DNA from: Balanoglossus misakiensis | Lineage: Eukaryota > Animalia > Hemichordata | NCBI GenBank assembly: GCA_040954595.2 | Contig: CM082579.2 | Coordinates: forward strand, 8,421,625 to 8,485,624 | Length of the DNA: 64,000 nucleotides | Direction of reading: 5' to 3' | Shown: positions 1 through 12,252 of the stretch, piece by piece | How positions within the stretch are numbered: position 1 is the stretch's first letter | Layout of the letters: each line of letters starts with the position of its first letter | The notes under the pieces: model-generated | Told to the model about the DNA's origin: nothing | Database searches by the model: none | What the model saw: the letters and a program-made list of their open reading frames with translations, nothing else | Translations under genes and position numbers: made by a program

Positions 1-844
1 TGTGATGAAACGAAGGACGAATCTCCTCCACGTGCATTGTTAATGTTGACACATGTACATGTACACGACTGTGAAAGGGTCAAGACTAGTCATGATATAC
101 GTCTTCAAGGATCACTAGACACGTGTGCAAAGTTTGTTTCGTATCTTTTCATTGCTTTACTCTAGTATTCCCGACCGCCAAATGCCCCTAATATCTTTCA
201 TTTCTCCATTAATGAAACAAAACTAAACAACACAAATAAATCAAATAAGACGAAAGTTTCGACGACAGTAAAACAAGTAAACAACAACAAGGAGTTAAGT
301 GTTGATGTTGCTGCCTATGTGCCCTTTCAAATTCTGCACCATTGACTCCTGGCATTGACTCAACTGGCCGTCAAGGTCACGAAGTTAACCTTTACGACAA
401 ACCAAGCATATTACCTCAATAACAATAAGGTGAGATCATTGTCCCGTAAACGACGCAGTAAGGTCGATCGACCCGCGAGATCAGTTCAACGTCATGAAAA
501 ATAAAAAATCCGAATGCCACCGGGCACGTCGAATGCTTTCAAAGGGAGAAAGGGCATCGTTTTAAATTGGATAAAAGTAGTTTTTACAAAACATAAGCCC
601 ATTAAACATGCAACAATGTACTTGTTTCAGTTCAAACTTTATTGTTTGTCAACACAATCACCTTCCCAGTTGGCATATTATATGTCAAGGTTGAGAACCA
701 AGGGTATTGATAAACAATGTTGGTATCGTTTACATGTACATGTTGTATTTGAAAAGGGTAGACGAATTGACCGCTGAGACTTAGCGGGAAAAATAAAGAA
801 AGGGCATACGAAACAACCACAAACCCATGACAGGAAAGAGTACA

Positions 845-999
<155 letters not shown>

Positions 1000-1770
1000 C
1001 TAATCTGGCTAAAACATTGAGTCTCCATAGTCTTCGGACATATATACAAATTGTGCATTTCATTATATTTGAACATACCTAACTTTCATCTATGCCAAGA
1101 CCCGATTCTGACTTCCAAGGCGCCCTGCAGCTAACAGTGGCGATTGTAAAATTAAGCTCTCTTCAGAACCGGGGTCGCTCAATTATTTCAAATAGGTTCC
1201 CTTTCCTTTGATTTCTATCCATACATATGGAGATGCGCAATCATTGGCGTCTTACTCGGATGATCGTGGATTTAGTCAAATGACCGGGATTTGATACAAG
1301 GCTAACGACCGACGTCCCCCTCAACAAAATATTCAACTTGCCTAAAGTCTAGTCTTACATGCGAATCCATATAGATTGTAGGCTCCTTACATTGGCATAT
1401 TAGCTATATCAAGAAAGCAATCAGTGTTCGTTTTCTATTACATCTGATTTCTCTTTTTTTCATTTCTTAAGCTTACCAGATTTTTACGCGGACTTTCGCT
1501 CACCCCCCCCCCCCACTCAGTTTGTTTCGTGGAATGAAAGAGTAAAATTGTCTCAAATTTAAGTTTATGGAGAAAATGTAAAATTGTGATTTTTTTTATG
1601 AAAACAACGACGCAGACGTCGACACCAGTTTTCTTCTTCATTATTTTCAAAAAGACCCCTTTCACAGTTTAAGGATGTACGTTCAGTAAAATTGAAAGTA
1701 TTGTCATTTCTTTTAATTGTGGACTTTTAGATTCTCCTTTGTATTTATAATGAAAATCTCGTCAACATGA

Positions 1771-1945
1771 ATAATCGGTCTGTACCGTTTATTCATTTTG
1801 GCGAGATTTATACCCTCATATCATACAAGCGGGATGGAAGGTGTGTGTAGTTAAACGTTGATTCACTATATATCCACATGTACATTAACATAAACGGTGT
1901 GTTGTATCAAAAAGGGGCAGCGAGAGAGAGACTTTGTCCCTTTAA
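1771..1945 (+). mobile_element. Dispersed repeat, likely end of a non-autonomous DNA transposon (copy 1 of 3)
   Basis: Shares 'aataatcggtct.taccgtttattcattttgg...gggcagcgagagagaga' with ~25036-25217 (same strand) and ~17678-17800 (inverted); ends ctttgtccct followed by TTAA. Confidence 0.65.
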
Positions 1946-2227
1946 TATATCAAAGAATTGGAAGACTGGAGGAATATCATTTTTGTCCTGAAAATCTGTC
2001 CCCGGGGCGCCCGCTACCTTATTAGAAGTGATTTACTAACGGAAGGCATACAGCGCTTTTCCTGATTACTTTTCCTTTCCAATCAATTTTTGCTCGTGCA
2101 TTCCTTTAGTTCCTCGGGCTTATGACATAATTTTCTTTCTCGTTGGAGAGATCGAAATCCCTCACTACAAATCGCGAGAATCGGAAGTATTCGAGACATT
2201 TCAGAGACAATGCAGCTAAACGTAGTT

Positions 2228-2318
<91 letters not shown>
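2228..2318. repeat. Compound (TG)n(GA)n microsatellite
   Basis: Seen directly; source of the RERE/SLSL ORFs. Confidence 0.97.
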
Positions 2319-2321
<3 letters not shown>

Positions 2322-4653
2322 ACCCCCATTTTCAAGAAGTCGTCTGTCTTCTGTACAATTGCCATGCTTTCGCAAGTATGTTTCCTGACATCGTACAAAA
2401 CCAATTTCTGAGACTTCTGTGTATAAGCGTCGCGAATTGAAAATTCCTATTTTCTCATTTCCGCCCATCACCAAAAAAATCACAAGGTAAAATGCTCTGC
2501 AAGATATTCTAGAATAATTTAAGTTTTATGATTTGGCCTGCTTGGGTTACATTGCGCGGGCTGATTAATAAATTAAAATTACTTGTCTGGGCGTTGTCTG
2601 GTCAGTCAGTCAGCAAGTTACCATAGACCTACATGGAGAGAGACAGCTGACCGTGGAGTCAGCAGTATTTTACCGGTGACTATGAGGAGCCAACAGATTT
2701 CGCCGAAAGAGAAACGTTAACGAATTTGCTATGACAAATGACCCCTTATAGGCTAATTGCCTTCGATCCAATTGACCATGTCTTTCCTTGAAGCCCATGC
2801 ATCATTTGCCCACGTGTTTTCTTTTCTACGTACTTTTTCTTCTTTGTCTCCCTTCCAAGAAATGCAATATAACGAAGCGGAATGGGCTTAGTAATACGCA
2901 TTATCTACATCCACATGCACGCAATTTCACAATCTTCCCCACTTTTCATTCAGCTATGTAATAAGCTCAGATTCCTGTAAAAGAGTTCACTACGGGTAAG
3001 AAAACGAGGACAGTGGGGTTTACAAATTTGCTCAATGCCCCCCTTTATACGGCATTTCTCAAACTAGTCACAGGAGCGATCCCCGTTACCCCCCCCCTCC
3101 CTCACCCCACCCCACCCCCGCCACGTTGAATACTCTCTTGCCATCTCGGTTTCCGTGTCATTCACAAAACTCAAAGAACGCATGCTCGGACATTTCTGCA
3201 CAACGACATCAAACAACGCAAACAAAAACCTTTATTGCTAACCTTCCTTCAAACTATATGAAATAACAAATAGTGTCGGATTCTATCAAAGGCTTTCCCA
3301 ATATAAAAGCACACGTCTGCCTTTGCGTTGTGACATCATAAATACTAACATACAACTGTATGAACAATAAAGATATTACCGAAGAAATACAAAAATACAT
3401 TAAGTTTAAATACATGTAGTTGAGGTCAGTCGCTACACGGAGCTAGATAACACGGTAGGTCAAATTAATATTGAATTGATAGCAATAAATTAATAGTAAT
3501 AACCGCAACGTTAGAGGCAGATATATCTTACCAATGGCGGCGTGTATATTAGTTTCCCATAGCAACAAGTGCGATGTCTGCTTGTGCTATCGTTTCAACG
3601 GACGGTGATGTTATGGAGCCTATATTTACAAACGGTATAATCACAAGTTTGGCTCAGTATTGCAGTACATGTATCACAAAGGGGACCCGGGGTGAAATGT
3701 TGCAGCCGGTCGACGACACAATCAGCCGTGACTACATCGAGGGAGTTATACTCGGTTTCCCCAATTGAGAGAAAATGAAGCGTGCATCCTCCGTTTATCC
3801 AGGAGGGACTATTTCAGGATGACTGCACAAAAAATAAAATATGTATTCCCTTAATGAGTCAGCAGCCAGTAGCCAGAATATTGCCTTCAAGACAGTACGC
3901 ATTTCCGACGTCTGTCGGATGATCAAGTTATAGTAGGGATGTGCGGGGCCGTTACATATAATAATGTTGATGGCCTGTTTAATAGTACAGTTGGCCAGCT
4001 TCGTTGTTCTGAGATACTGACTGTCTATCGATTGTCATGAAAACCTCCAAAAATTCCATAATTGCAGCTGTAGTCAATAAATTGTGTAAATTAAGTACTA
4101 GATTACAACAGTGAATCTTTTTCAAGAAAAATTTTACAGTCACGTTTCTTGTCCCAAAATGTTGAGTATTGACAACCCCGTAAGAACGGTAATCCGAGTA
4201 TGTAAGGTCATATAGGGGTCATGAAAGGGACATTTTCCGCCAATCACCTATACCCACTATCATGAGTGGCAACCCTTGGGTGACGTCATCACCCCTGAGA
4301 TTTGATGAACCTTGGGACTCGACTGACGCACCAAGTGAAAACAATGGTCATTTTTCACACAATAAGAAAAAATAGAAATCAATCTTCTGTGTGTAAAAAA
4401 AAAAGAAGTTTTCTCAATTTTCTTGTAACACCCGTTCATTCATTATCGATTTTGCACATACAAATCTGAGTCATCCATAAATGCAATGCGATGAAGCCAG
4501 TACAGAAAGGAAAAATAATTAGGGTTTTAAACAACACACTCCCAAAGTAAGTGGTTTGCTTATACAAGGATTTCATGAACTCCTGTTTAGATAAGTCATA
4601 AAAATTTCCAATCGTGCAAAACCGAAACTAAATGAGCGGGTGTTCCGTTGCTT

Positions 4654-6429
4654 TTACGCCTGGTTTTCATTCTGTAGTCCAATGAACTGTATGGGAACAA
4701 CTCGCCGACGACGCCGCTTCTCTCTCAAGCGTCTGAAGTCGAAGGGAATTTGCCGAATCCTCCTGCGGATGTTGTCGTTGCCCAGAATGTACACGATGGT
4801 GTTGACCAGGCTGTTGCTCATGGCGACGGACTCCACGACGTAGAAGATGTTCACGCTGTGGACGAAATCGTAGTGGAGCAGAGGGAAGAAGTCCCTGAAC
4901 ACGCTGTACCCGTAGTACGGCAACCAGGAGGCGGCGAACAGCGCCACCAGCAGGACGAACAGGCGGATCGTCTGCTTGGTCGACGCCGTGTTGAGGCTGG
5001 GCACGTTGTAGGCCTGGCGGACGACGGTGGGCGTGGAGCGGTGTCGCCACAGCTTGCGCGAGATGCTGGCGTACAGGAAGGCCATGACGGCCAGCGGGGC
5101 GAGGTACTCGCCGACGAGCAGGAAGACGCCGTACGCCTTCATCGCCGCCAGTTCGGACTGGTTCCAGAACTCGCCGCAGTAGTACAACATGGCACCGCTG
5201 TCAACGTCCCAGAACTGAATCGTCCTGGTGAACATAGCCGTGGGGATCACTACGATGGCAGACGCGACCCAGATGATCACTATAGCGACCGTTGCCGCCA
5301 ACGCTCGCATGCGAGGCCTGAGTGGATTCACAATCACGATGTACCTGCGGGAAACAGTGACAGATACTCCGTCAATGTTGAACGATTGCTGTATTGTTTT
5401 GCCAAAAAACAAACAAATTTGTTCTTTCATTTCCTATATCGATGCACGATTCCTGCCATACAATCTCCGAAAGCGTTTAAGGGTAATCTGTCTTAAGTAT
5501 AGGGAAGATGACTTTGACAAAGTGTTTTAAAATGTTGAGTACCAATATGAAAATGTTTCATTGCTTAATATTTAGTACATTTTGTCCCTTGAATACATAC
5601 ATACATACATGTATATAGTATACATGCATACATACATATAATACACATACAATCAAAACAACCACGAAGAAATATCCATCTAACCATCGGCTAATTGACG
5701 ATTGCCTATACCAACATCACCATTATCTCGATAATTGTTCCTTGTGTCATTCTACATAACATTTGAACAGATATTGACAGGTTTACTTAGAACCGAAAGC
5801 ATGGGCTAAAATTGTGGGCTAAAAATTGCATTTGTTCCAAATTCTGAATTTTCTATTTTCACCAAATGAAACCAGGACTTAATGTTATATAACAGTGTGT
5901 CATGAACAATGTCTACGCTCTATGCCATACAAAGGAAAACATACACATGTCTCACAATTGAAAGTTTAACACGACGACATTCCTACCTGTCAATGGCGAT
6001 TACAAGAAGTGAGTTGGTGGAGACGTAGAGGGAAACGAGCTTAATGTATGCCACGGCTGTGCACATATTCGCGCCGAACGGCCAATTCTGTCTGGTGTAG
6101 AACGTCAAATTGAACGGGGCGCAGAAGACGGCGACGAGGAGGTCGGAGGCGGCCAGGTTGGCGATCAGCAAGTTGGGCACCGTCCGCATCTTGCGGTGCC
6201 TCAGCAGGACGTACATCAAGAGCGCGTTGCCGACGCCGCAGACGGGGATCATGGTGGAGTACACGGTGCCCAGTATCACTTTGCAGGCCAGGTGGACGTC
6301 GGGGATGGCGGCGATCGGCTGCAGATCGTACTGCCATTCGTAGTCGTAGTACTCGGAATCGTAGTAGCCGTAGTCGTTGACCTGCCTTGTCGGCAGGCCG
6401 CTCGCCGGCGCGGAGGACGAGGTGTTCAT
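4654..6429 (-). CDS. Prokineticin receptor-like class A GPCR, copy A (~377 aa, 2 coding exons)
   Basis: Exons 6429-5987 and 5344-4654 joined by a GT-AG phase-2 intron (GAC AG|gtagga ... ccgcag|G TAC) that rebuilds DRY; 1134 nt in frame. Seven hydrophobic segments. Motifs VCGVGN, NLLIANLAASD, VSLYVSTNSLLVIAIDRY, ECL2 YCGEFW and FYVVESVAMSNSLVNT closely match vertebrate PROKR1/2 (VSLYVSTNALLAIAIDRY; VECIAMSNSMINT). Confidence 0.93.
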
Positions 6430-8075
6430 TGTGTCGGTCGCCCGGCCTGACCATCACGTTGTGGCGCGGTTGCCACAAACGCGGCGCGGCGCGTTCAACA
6501 CAGCGACTTGTGGTTCCGGTGCGGAGCTGAGCAAGACCGTGCCAGTATCGGTTTTCACTTCCTGTGGATTTGGACGACAATACGCCGCTTGCCTGATGGG
6601 GCGCAGTTGCTTCACAATTCAAATAATATTAATGACATATTGCTCACGTGACCAGGTCTCATGTCCACATTTCCACTTCTAGGATCGCCATTCAAAGATC
6701 AACTGAAAAGTGATAGTGATACCGTCGATTCCCCGGAAGGTATTTTGAAGCCTACCCTGATATAACAGACAAGAAATTCGAAGCCTGAACAACTTCACTA
6801 ATGATGGACGTACACCACGCTCATGCGAGGAACATTAATGACTACGTTATCCTAGTCCCCAATATTCTATGTTTATTTTGTCACAATCCCCCAGAAAACA
6901 ATATTTATCTGACGCCCGTATATGCAAATTGCACACGTAATAAAATTAACAAAAATGTGATTTGTGGTCCAAATGGTAACTACATTGTATATCTAAAATT
7001 GCAAAGGTGACCGTATACATTTGTACTTTTAATCATGCATGCTCGCCCAAGACCTCCCATATAGTTAGCGGTTTGCCACAGAATGGCAGATGGGCACAGC
7101 AAGAAAAAGAGATAAACTCTCACAGCTAATCTAAATCGGCTTATCCAAAGCTAATTAAAAGGCAGACAGACAGTCATACCAACGTGCACGCACACATACA
7201 CAAAATTGGCCGCAATGACGTAGACAATGAAATAAACGTTGTTGTAAATGACGTAAATCATGTCCAGCACGGAAATAACATGGGATTATAGACAAAATTG
7301 TGCAGTAAATGGACACAGCCCCTCCATATAACCTCCACATAATGCAATAAACGTCATACTGACACAGTAACTGCGCAAAACGATGAAGCGTCTGAAAAGA
7401 ATAATGTTATAAATGGATAGGAAAATACAGTAGATGGGTATAATAATTATCATGAATGGGCAGAATGACACCTCAATTAAATATGGTGACGGGGTTATCG
7501 CACACAAAGATGCCCTTGCTTTAATTGTTTTTAATTTAATTTAATTGTGCAGTGATTGGATACTGAAATGGACATCACGTTTTGATAATTTGCGCTACCT
7601 TAGACAGTTACGGCGTTCCATACACTCCTTCGAGTTTGTTATCAATCATGAAGCTTCCATGATTCCAATTTGATAAACATCAGCTGTAGAGATAGGCGAC
7701 GTGTTTAGCTTTGCCTGGTCTCTGCTGTTCGATTTCTGCTGCCGCCGCCGCAGATTGGTTCCATGAAGCCAACCGTGGTTATGCATAGCGCCCCCACCAT
7801 TTGTGGCACAACTGACCCCCTTCGCCTTTTCACAATTTAACGTCATGGCGGTACGTAGAACTGCTTTGAATTCATTCACGGCGGTCGTTTTGGGGTGAAC
7901 AATACATGCACAACTAGACAGACAGACAGACAGACACTACAGATAAAGGGGCCGCAGTTCTGTACTGGACCTACCCAGCCTCTATCACCACCAAAACTTC
8001 CATTTGAATTCTTCCAAAAACCACCAAGAATATTTACACAAAGTCACAAAGGTTCTGTGCTTCTTATTTTTAGAC

Positions 8076-8081
8076 TTTATT
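8076..8081 (-). terminator. Candidate polyadenylation signal (AATAAA) of the secreted-protein gene
   Basis: tttatt on the plus strand, ~200 nt past the stop at 8283. Confidence 0.5.
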
Positions 8082-8282
8082 CACACTGAAACAACACAAG
8101 ATCAAGTGACCATATCTATTCGACGTGTCAGTAATGATCTCTTTTTTTATAAAGCGTAATGCAACTACTATTGAAAGATGGTCCCTGTGGTCAATTTCGG
8201 TAAATGTGAAGCATTTGGATAGGTCATCATCGTTTACCTGTCCGTCAAATTACACAACGCGTCACATAAGTCATTAACATTT

Positions 8283-9420
8283 TTAGTAGGTAAAGTAATC
8301 TCGGCAAAAGAACTTGGAAACGCCGTTGTTGTCATCACCCCTGTAGAGGCAATACTGGACCATGACGTCATTGAAGACCTCGGCTGGTGGCGGCGGGTGG
8401 AAGCGTATTTCAGACGCAATGGGTTCTGGGCATTCCTGCAATTAATCAGACATGCGCACATGAAGTGGAGGAAGAATATCCCACAATCCATGCTGCATTC
8501 CTGCCTGTCTCAGCAGAGGGGGAACATGCGTGGCCAGCCATAAATACTCCGCGCCAATTACAACAAAATAACATTACAAAGAGGGGGAGGAGGAGGAGGA
8601 GGAGGATGAGAAAGATACCTATATATGCCTTACCTCCAGCAGATTGGTACAATGGATCAAAATTCCGACACTAAAATGGAAATTAGTGACACACTCCACG
8701 CAGTCTACGACGCCATATCCAGTCGAATTTCCCTGTGACGATTCAAGAAATATATTCAATGTTAGATGAACAGCTGAAAACATTTGTGAAAGGACAGAAT
8801 ACACGTTCTTTGTTAATAACCGCAATATACTGCAGATAGTCATCTCACATAAGGAAAGTCGACACCTAGATCTTGACTTTGTCCAATTTTTCAGAGAGAG
8901 AAGTCTTCAAAATGCATGTTGTTGCAGAGTGGATAATATGAATGCATCCTTTGAAATTCAAAAACTTTTTCAGAGAACGAGTAAAAATTCAAAAACTTTT
9001 TTCAGAGAACGAGCAAAAATTCAAAAACTTTTTCAGAGAACGAGTAAAAACAAACTGCATCAAAATTCATGTTTGTCGCGTGTGGGGGAGGCCACGTATA
9101 TTTACCTGCGGAATATTTGGATTGGTGTCCAATACATCTTTAGGTACGCCGAAGGAGAGGACCGACTCGGTATTCTCGATGAATTCCGATGTCGTAAAAT
9201 ACCATGCAGAGGTGATGTCAGGCTCGCGGTCTTCGTAGTCGCGCAGTTTGTCTTTCAAGTCGGGCGGGCATGGCACGTCGTGGGTGATCGCAGTATTCCT
9301 GATCGTGGTCGTGAATCTCTTGACTGAAAACAGCATACACGAGTTGGGTGTGCCTCTCAGCACGCCGTAAGCTGCATTGCTGAGAAGTATGAGAAGGCCA
9401 ACCGATAGTAGAAGTCGCAT
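8283..9420 (-). CDS. Uncharacterised secreted protein, 155 aa, 2 exons
   Basis: Exon 1 9420-9106 (105 codons; signal peptide MRLLLSVGLLILLSNAAYG) ends CAG|gtaaat. Exon 2 8435-8283 follows aattgcag| and reads ECPEPIASEIRFHPPPPAEVFNDVMVQYCLYRGDDNNGVSKFFCRDYFTY* in phase 0. TATA-like and Inr-like elements upstream, AATAAA downstream. Five Cys; no family recognised. Confidence 0.8.
8954..9049. repeat. Tandem repeat, 3 x ~31-32 bp (aaattcaaaaactttttcagagaacgag.aa)
   Basis: Seen directly, inside the intron of the secreted-protein gene. Confidence 0.9.
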
Positions 9421-9448
9421 ATTGTCTCTCTCGGGAGTCAGCCGGTTA

Positions 9449-9488
9449 AACTGAACGCCTGGCCGCTGTGCGCCCGGCTTTTTATTTA
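9449..9488 (-). promoter_or_regulatory. Core promoter: TATA-like TAAATAAAAAG plus Inr-like TCAGTT
   Basis: TATA-like box 9488-9478 and TCAGTT 9454-9449 are ~30 nt apart; the Inr lies ~30 nt before the ATG at 9420. Confidence 0.6.
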
Positions 9489-9535
9489 AGGCCCGGTTGC
9501 ATATTGATGGACAGTTCAGAGATTCGAAAGGTTGA

Positions 9536-9731
9536 AAATATACACATGATGACTGACAATGAGGGCAACAGTGTATTTTGATGACCGAGGGCGCTGCTAG
9601 TCACAACAAAAACAGTCTTGTTTTCCCGAGGGCATAGCCCGAGGGAAAACAAACTGTTTTGGTGTGACTGGCAGTCCCGAGGTCATCAAAAATACACTGT
9701 TGCCCGAATATGTCAGTCATCATGTGTTTTG
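9536..9731. mobile_element. ~195-bp imperfect palindromic (fold-back) element
   Basis: Arms acacatgatgactgaca (9542-9558) and tgtcagtcatcatgtgt (9711-9727); gggcaacagtgtatttt and aaaatacactgttgccc; centre ttttcccgagggcatagcccgagggaaaa. Confidence 0.75.
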
Positions 9732-12252
9732 TAACACACCAAACACGGAATTAGATCAAGACGGGGCAACAGTACCGGGCAGAAACCGATCGAAATGATG
9801 CCCTAGGGAACAGTCTTTACTGACTTATCTTTTGATACAATAAAACAGACATCTCCCGTTTGACAGATGTTTTCCTTCTATGTGAACGACGGGAATGGGG
9901 CAGGGGACCAGACCAGATTGCCGCGCGTTGTCTTATCAGACGAAATGTAAAACAAATTGATGTAGAAAACATGCAGGTACGTGACCAGACAGCCATCTCA
10001 ATGACAAGGCTAGAGATAAGGACGAAGACATAAACACAACCTTTGTAGATAAATAGATCGACACCCGTTGATAGTGATGTTGTAAAACAAAGAGTTGTAC
10101 AGGGGCGTAGAAAGCAATTCATGGGGGGGGGGGGGGGGTGTAACCTACATTCTGGTTCGCCGCTCAAAGTTAGCATGGGGGAGTACTCTGCCCTGGTACA
10201 CTAGGTAAACCAGCCAATGAATGAAAGGTGCTGAAAAATGAAGGGGGTGGGTGTGGGAGGGGGGCACATTGAATTCTTCGTCTGAAGTTGATATGTGAGA
10301 AATATATACAGCTCTGGGGATTTTAGTCCGGCAAATGCTATACTCAAAATTAGTCATGATTGGTTATTGTGTGTATTAATCAACCAATATCATTATTTCT
10401 ATATATCAGTGTAGGCGCCGGTTAAAATGTTCCGTTCGTTGTGAAAGGGATAAGTGTTTGCAAATTGTACCTTAAGGTGGCGCTGTGACTTCTGTGCATT
10501 TTTGTTCAAAACCCACATGATTTTTTTCAATAAATCTGAGTATCTGTACTTTAAGAATGCGCGTTCGGTAAAATTGAATTTTTGTCATTTCTTGTTGATT
10601 TTTGGATTCTCCTCTTTAAGTGTATTTAACAAATCCGTTATAAAATACAGGGGTCATCGTGTTTGTTGTTGAAATATGACGAAGCCGTGAATTCAGTCCA
10701 AAACCTGCTGTGTCAAGATTTTTCACCAATTGTTTTTTATAATGGTGTGAGCATATTCAACGAAGTTTACCTCAAAATTGAGCATGGTGGCCATACAATT
10801 TTATTCGGCCAGTGAATTAAAGAAAATAGAGACAAATTCCACGCGCTCGTATCCAAATGCAATGTACATTGTTGGTCTTACCGCCAGAAGTTATGAAAAC
10901 AAGACCCGCGGTGCGGCTTCGCAAGGTTTTTGCTTATGAAGTTATGCAGGCCTCTCTGGAATGAAACACCAATACCGGGTCTTTGGGGCTACAAGTAGAA
11001 CGCCCCCCCCCCTTCTCCGTGGCAGTATGTTTCTCGTTGTTTTAACTGCAACTTTTCTTGTTACGATTATATTATTCGCAACAATTATTTCTGCTAAGTT
11101 AGACAAAAGAGTCGCGCCACATTAATGACACACAGAGCTAATTCAATGTTGACGACAATTTACTTATTTTTTTTTTAAAGGCTCACAGAAAAACACACGA
11201 GTCCCTGATGGAAACGGCATGCACAACAGGCCTTCGAGTTTCGAATACCCTCGGCGATCGTCTCCCACTTGGGGGCACGCCTTTGACGTCACTGTGGTGG
11301 TTCGTTTCTCCGCATCGGTGCCAATTACGTGCAAGCTGCCAACCAGTTCATCGTCGCTTATTATCACCGACATATCGGGGACTTGTTCACTTCACGTCGA
11401 GGAGCTGCTCACTTCCCACCTCGGTCCAGTCACGACAAGCTCTTCTCTCCACACCGTCTGGCAAGTCTTCGAATCCTTCTTCTACAACGGTGAGTGTTTT
11501 CTATATGCCGAGTCCTCCTTATATAGCCGCACACCGAAGCTTGCAGGCAGTGGCACTTACGGGAACCTTCTTGGTCTTATACACCCTCAAGTGGCTAAAA
11601 AGACAACTATTGAAATTATCAACACCATTTAGCAAAACACTACTAATACACCAATTGGGCATTTCAGTACTTCCTGACTTTTAATAGTATGTGAACATTT
11701 TTTGACTGCGTACGTAACTTATATATGGACACTGAGCTTAGCATAACAATCCAACGTGATATTTTGTTGGATGCATAATCAAACCTGCATTATGTACATG
11801 CCCAGATATTCCAAAAATCACGGTTTACAATTTGACTCCGTAGATTCCTGCAAATGTTTCGCTCGTGTCAGTGCATTCCTGTACAAAACAGGAAATACCC
11901 CGGGCGACTTTTCAAAGAAATGTTGTTGTTTTTTTATATTATTATTCCCTTTGCGGTTTGTCTGGAGAGGAGTCCGTTTATCGCCGGAGGCTGAAAATCA
12001 CCACCGTCCGTGTCCGACCATCTCTCTCTTCAAAATAACTGCAAAATGTCTAATCGTTGATAGTCTGCATTGTTCTAGATCAGTGTCACAAATCATAGCA
12101 GTACGTGGCATCTACGTGACTGCGTCTGCCTTTAGTAGTACATTATACAACGACATGGGTCCACTGATCACTTACATTAGATTTCTTGTAACAGAAGCTT
12201 ATAAAATCTGTCTATTTTTGTAGCATCTTACTTTGGCGGGAAGTGTGTGACT

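Noticed and set aside
2106-2483. RE/SL dipeptide ORFs (also 19246-19806 and 30619-31067)
   Set aside because: Products of GA/CT microsatellites.
4750-5496. 248-aa plus-strand ORF and other antisense or alternative-frame ORFs over GPCR and KLHL exons (e.g. 6041-6622, 20078-20476, 20275-20769, 54980-55282)
   Set aside because: Shadow ORFs caused by the high GC3 of the real exons.
11164-11628. Minus-strand frame starting MVLIISIVVFLAT and ending LCMPFPSGTRVFFCEPL, as a possible paralogue of the secreted protein
   Set aside because: Four in-frame stops; similarity is limited to a C...FFC motif; splice signals favour a plus-strand exon here.
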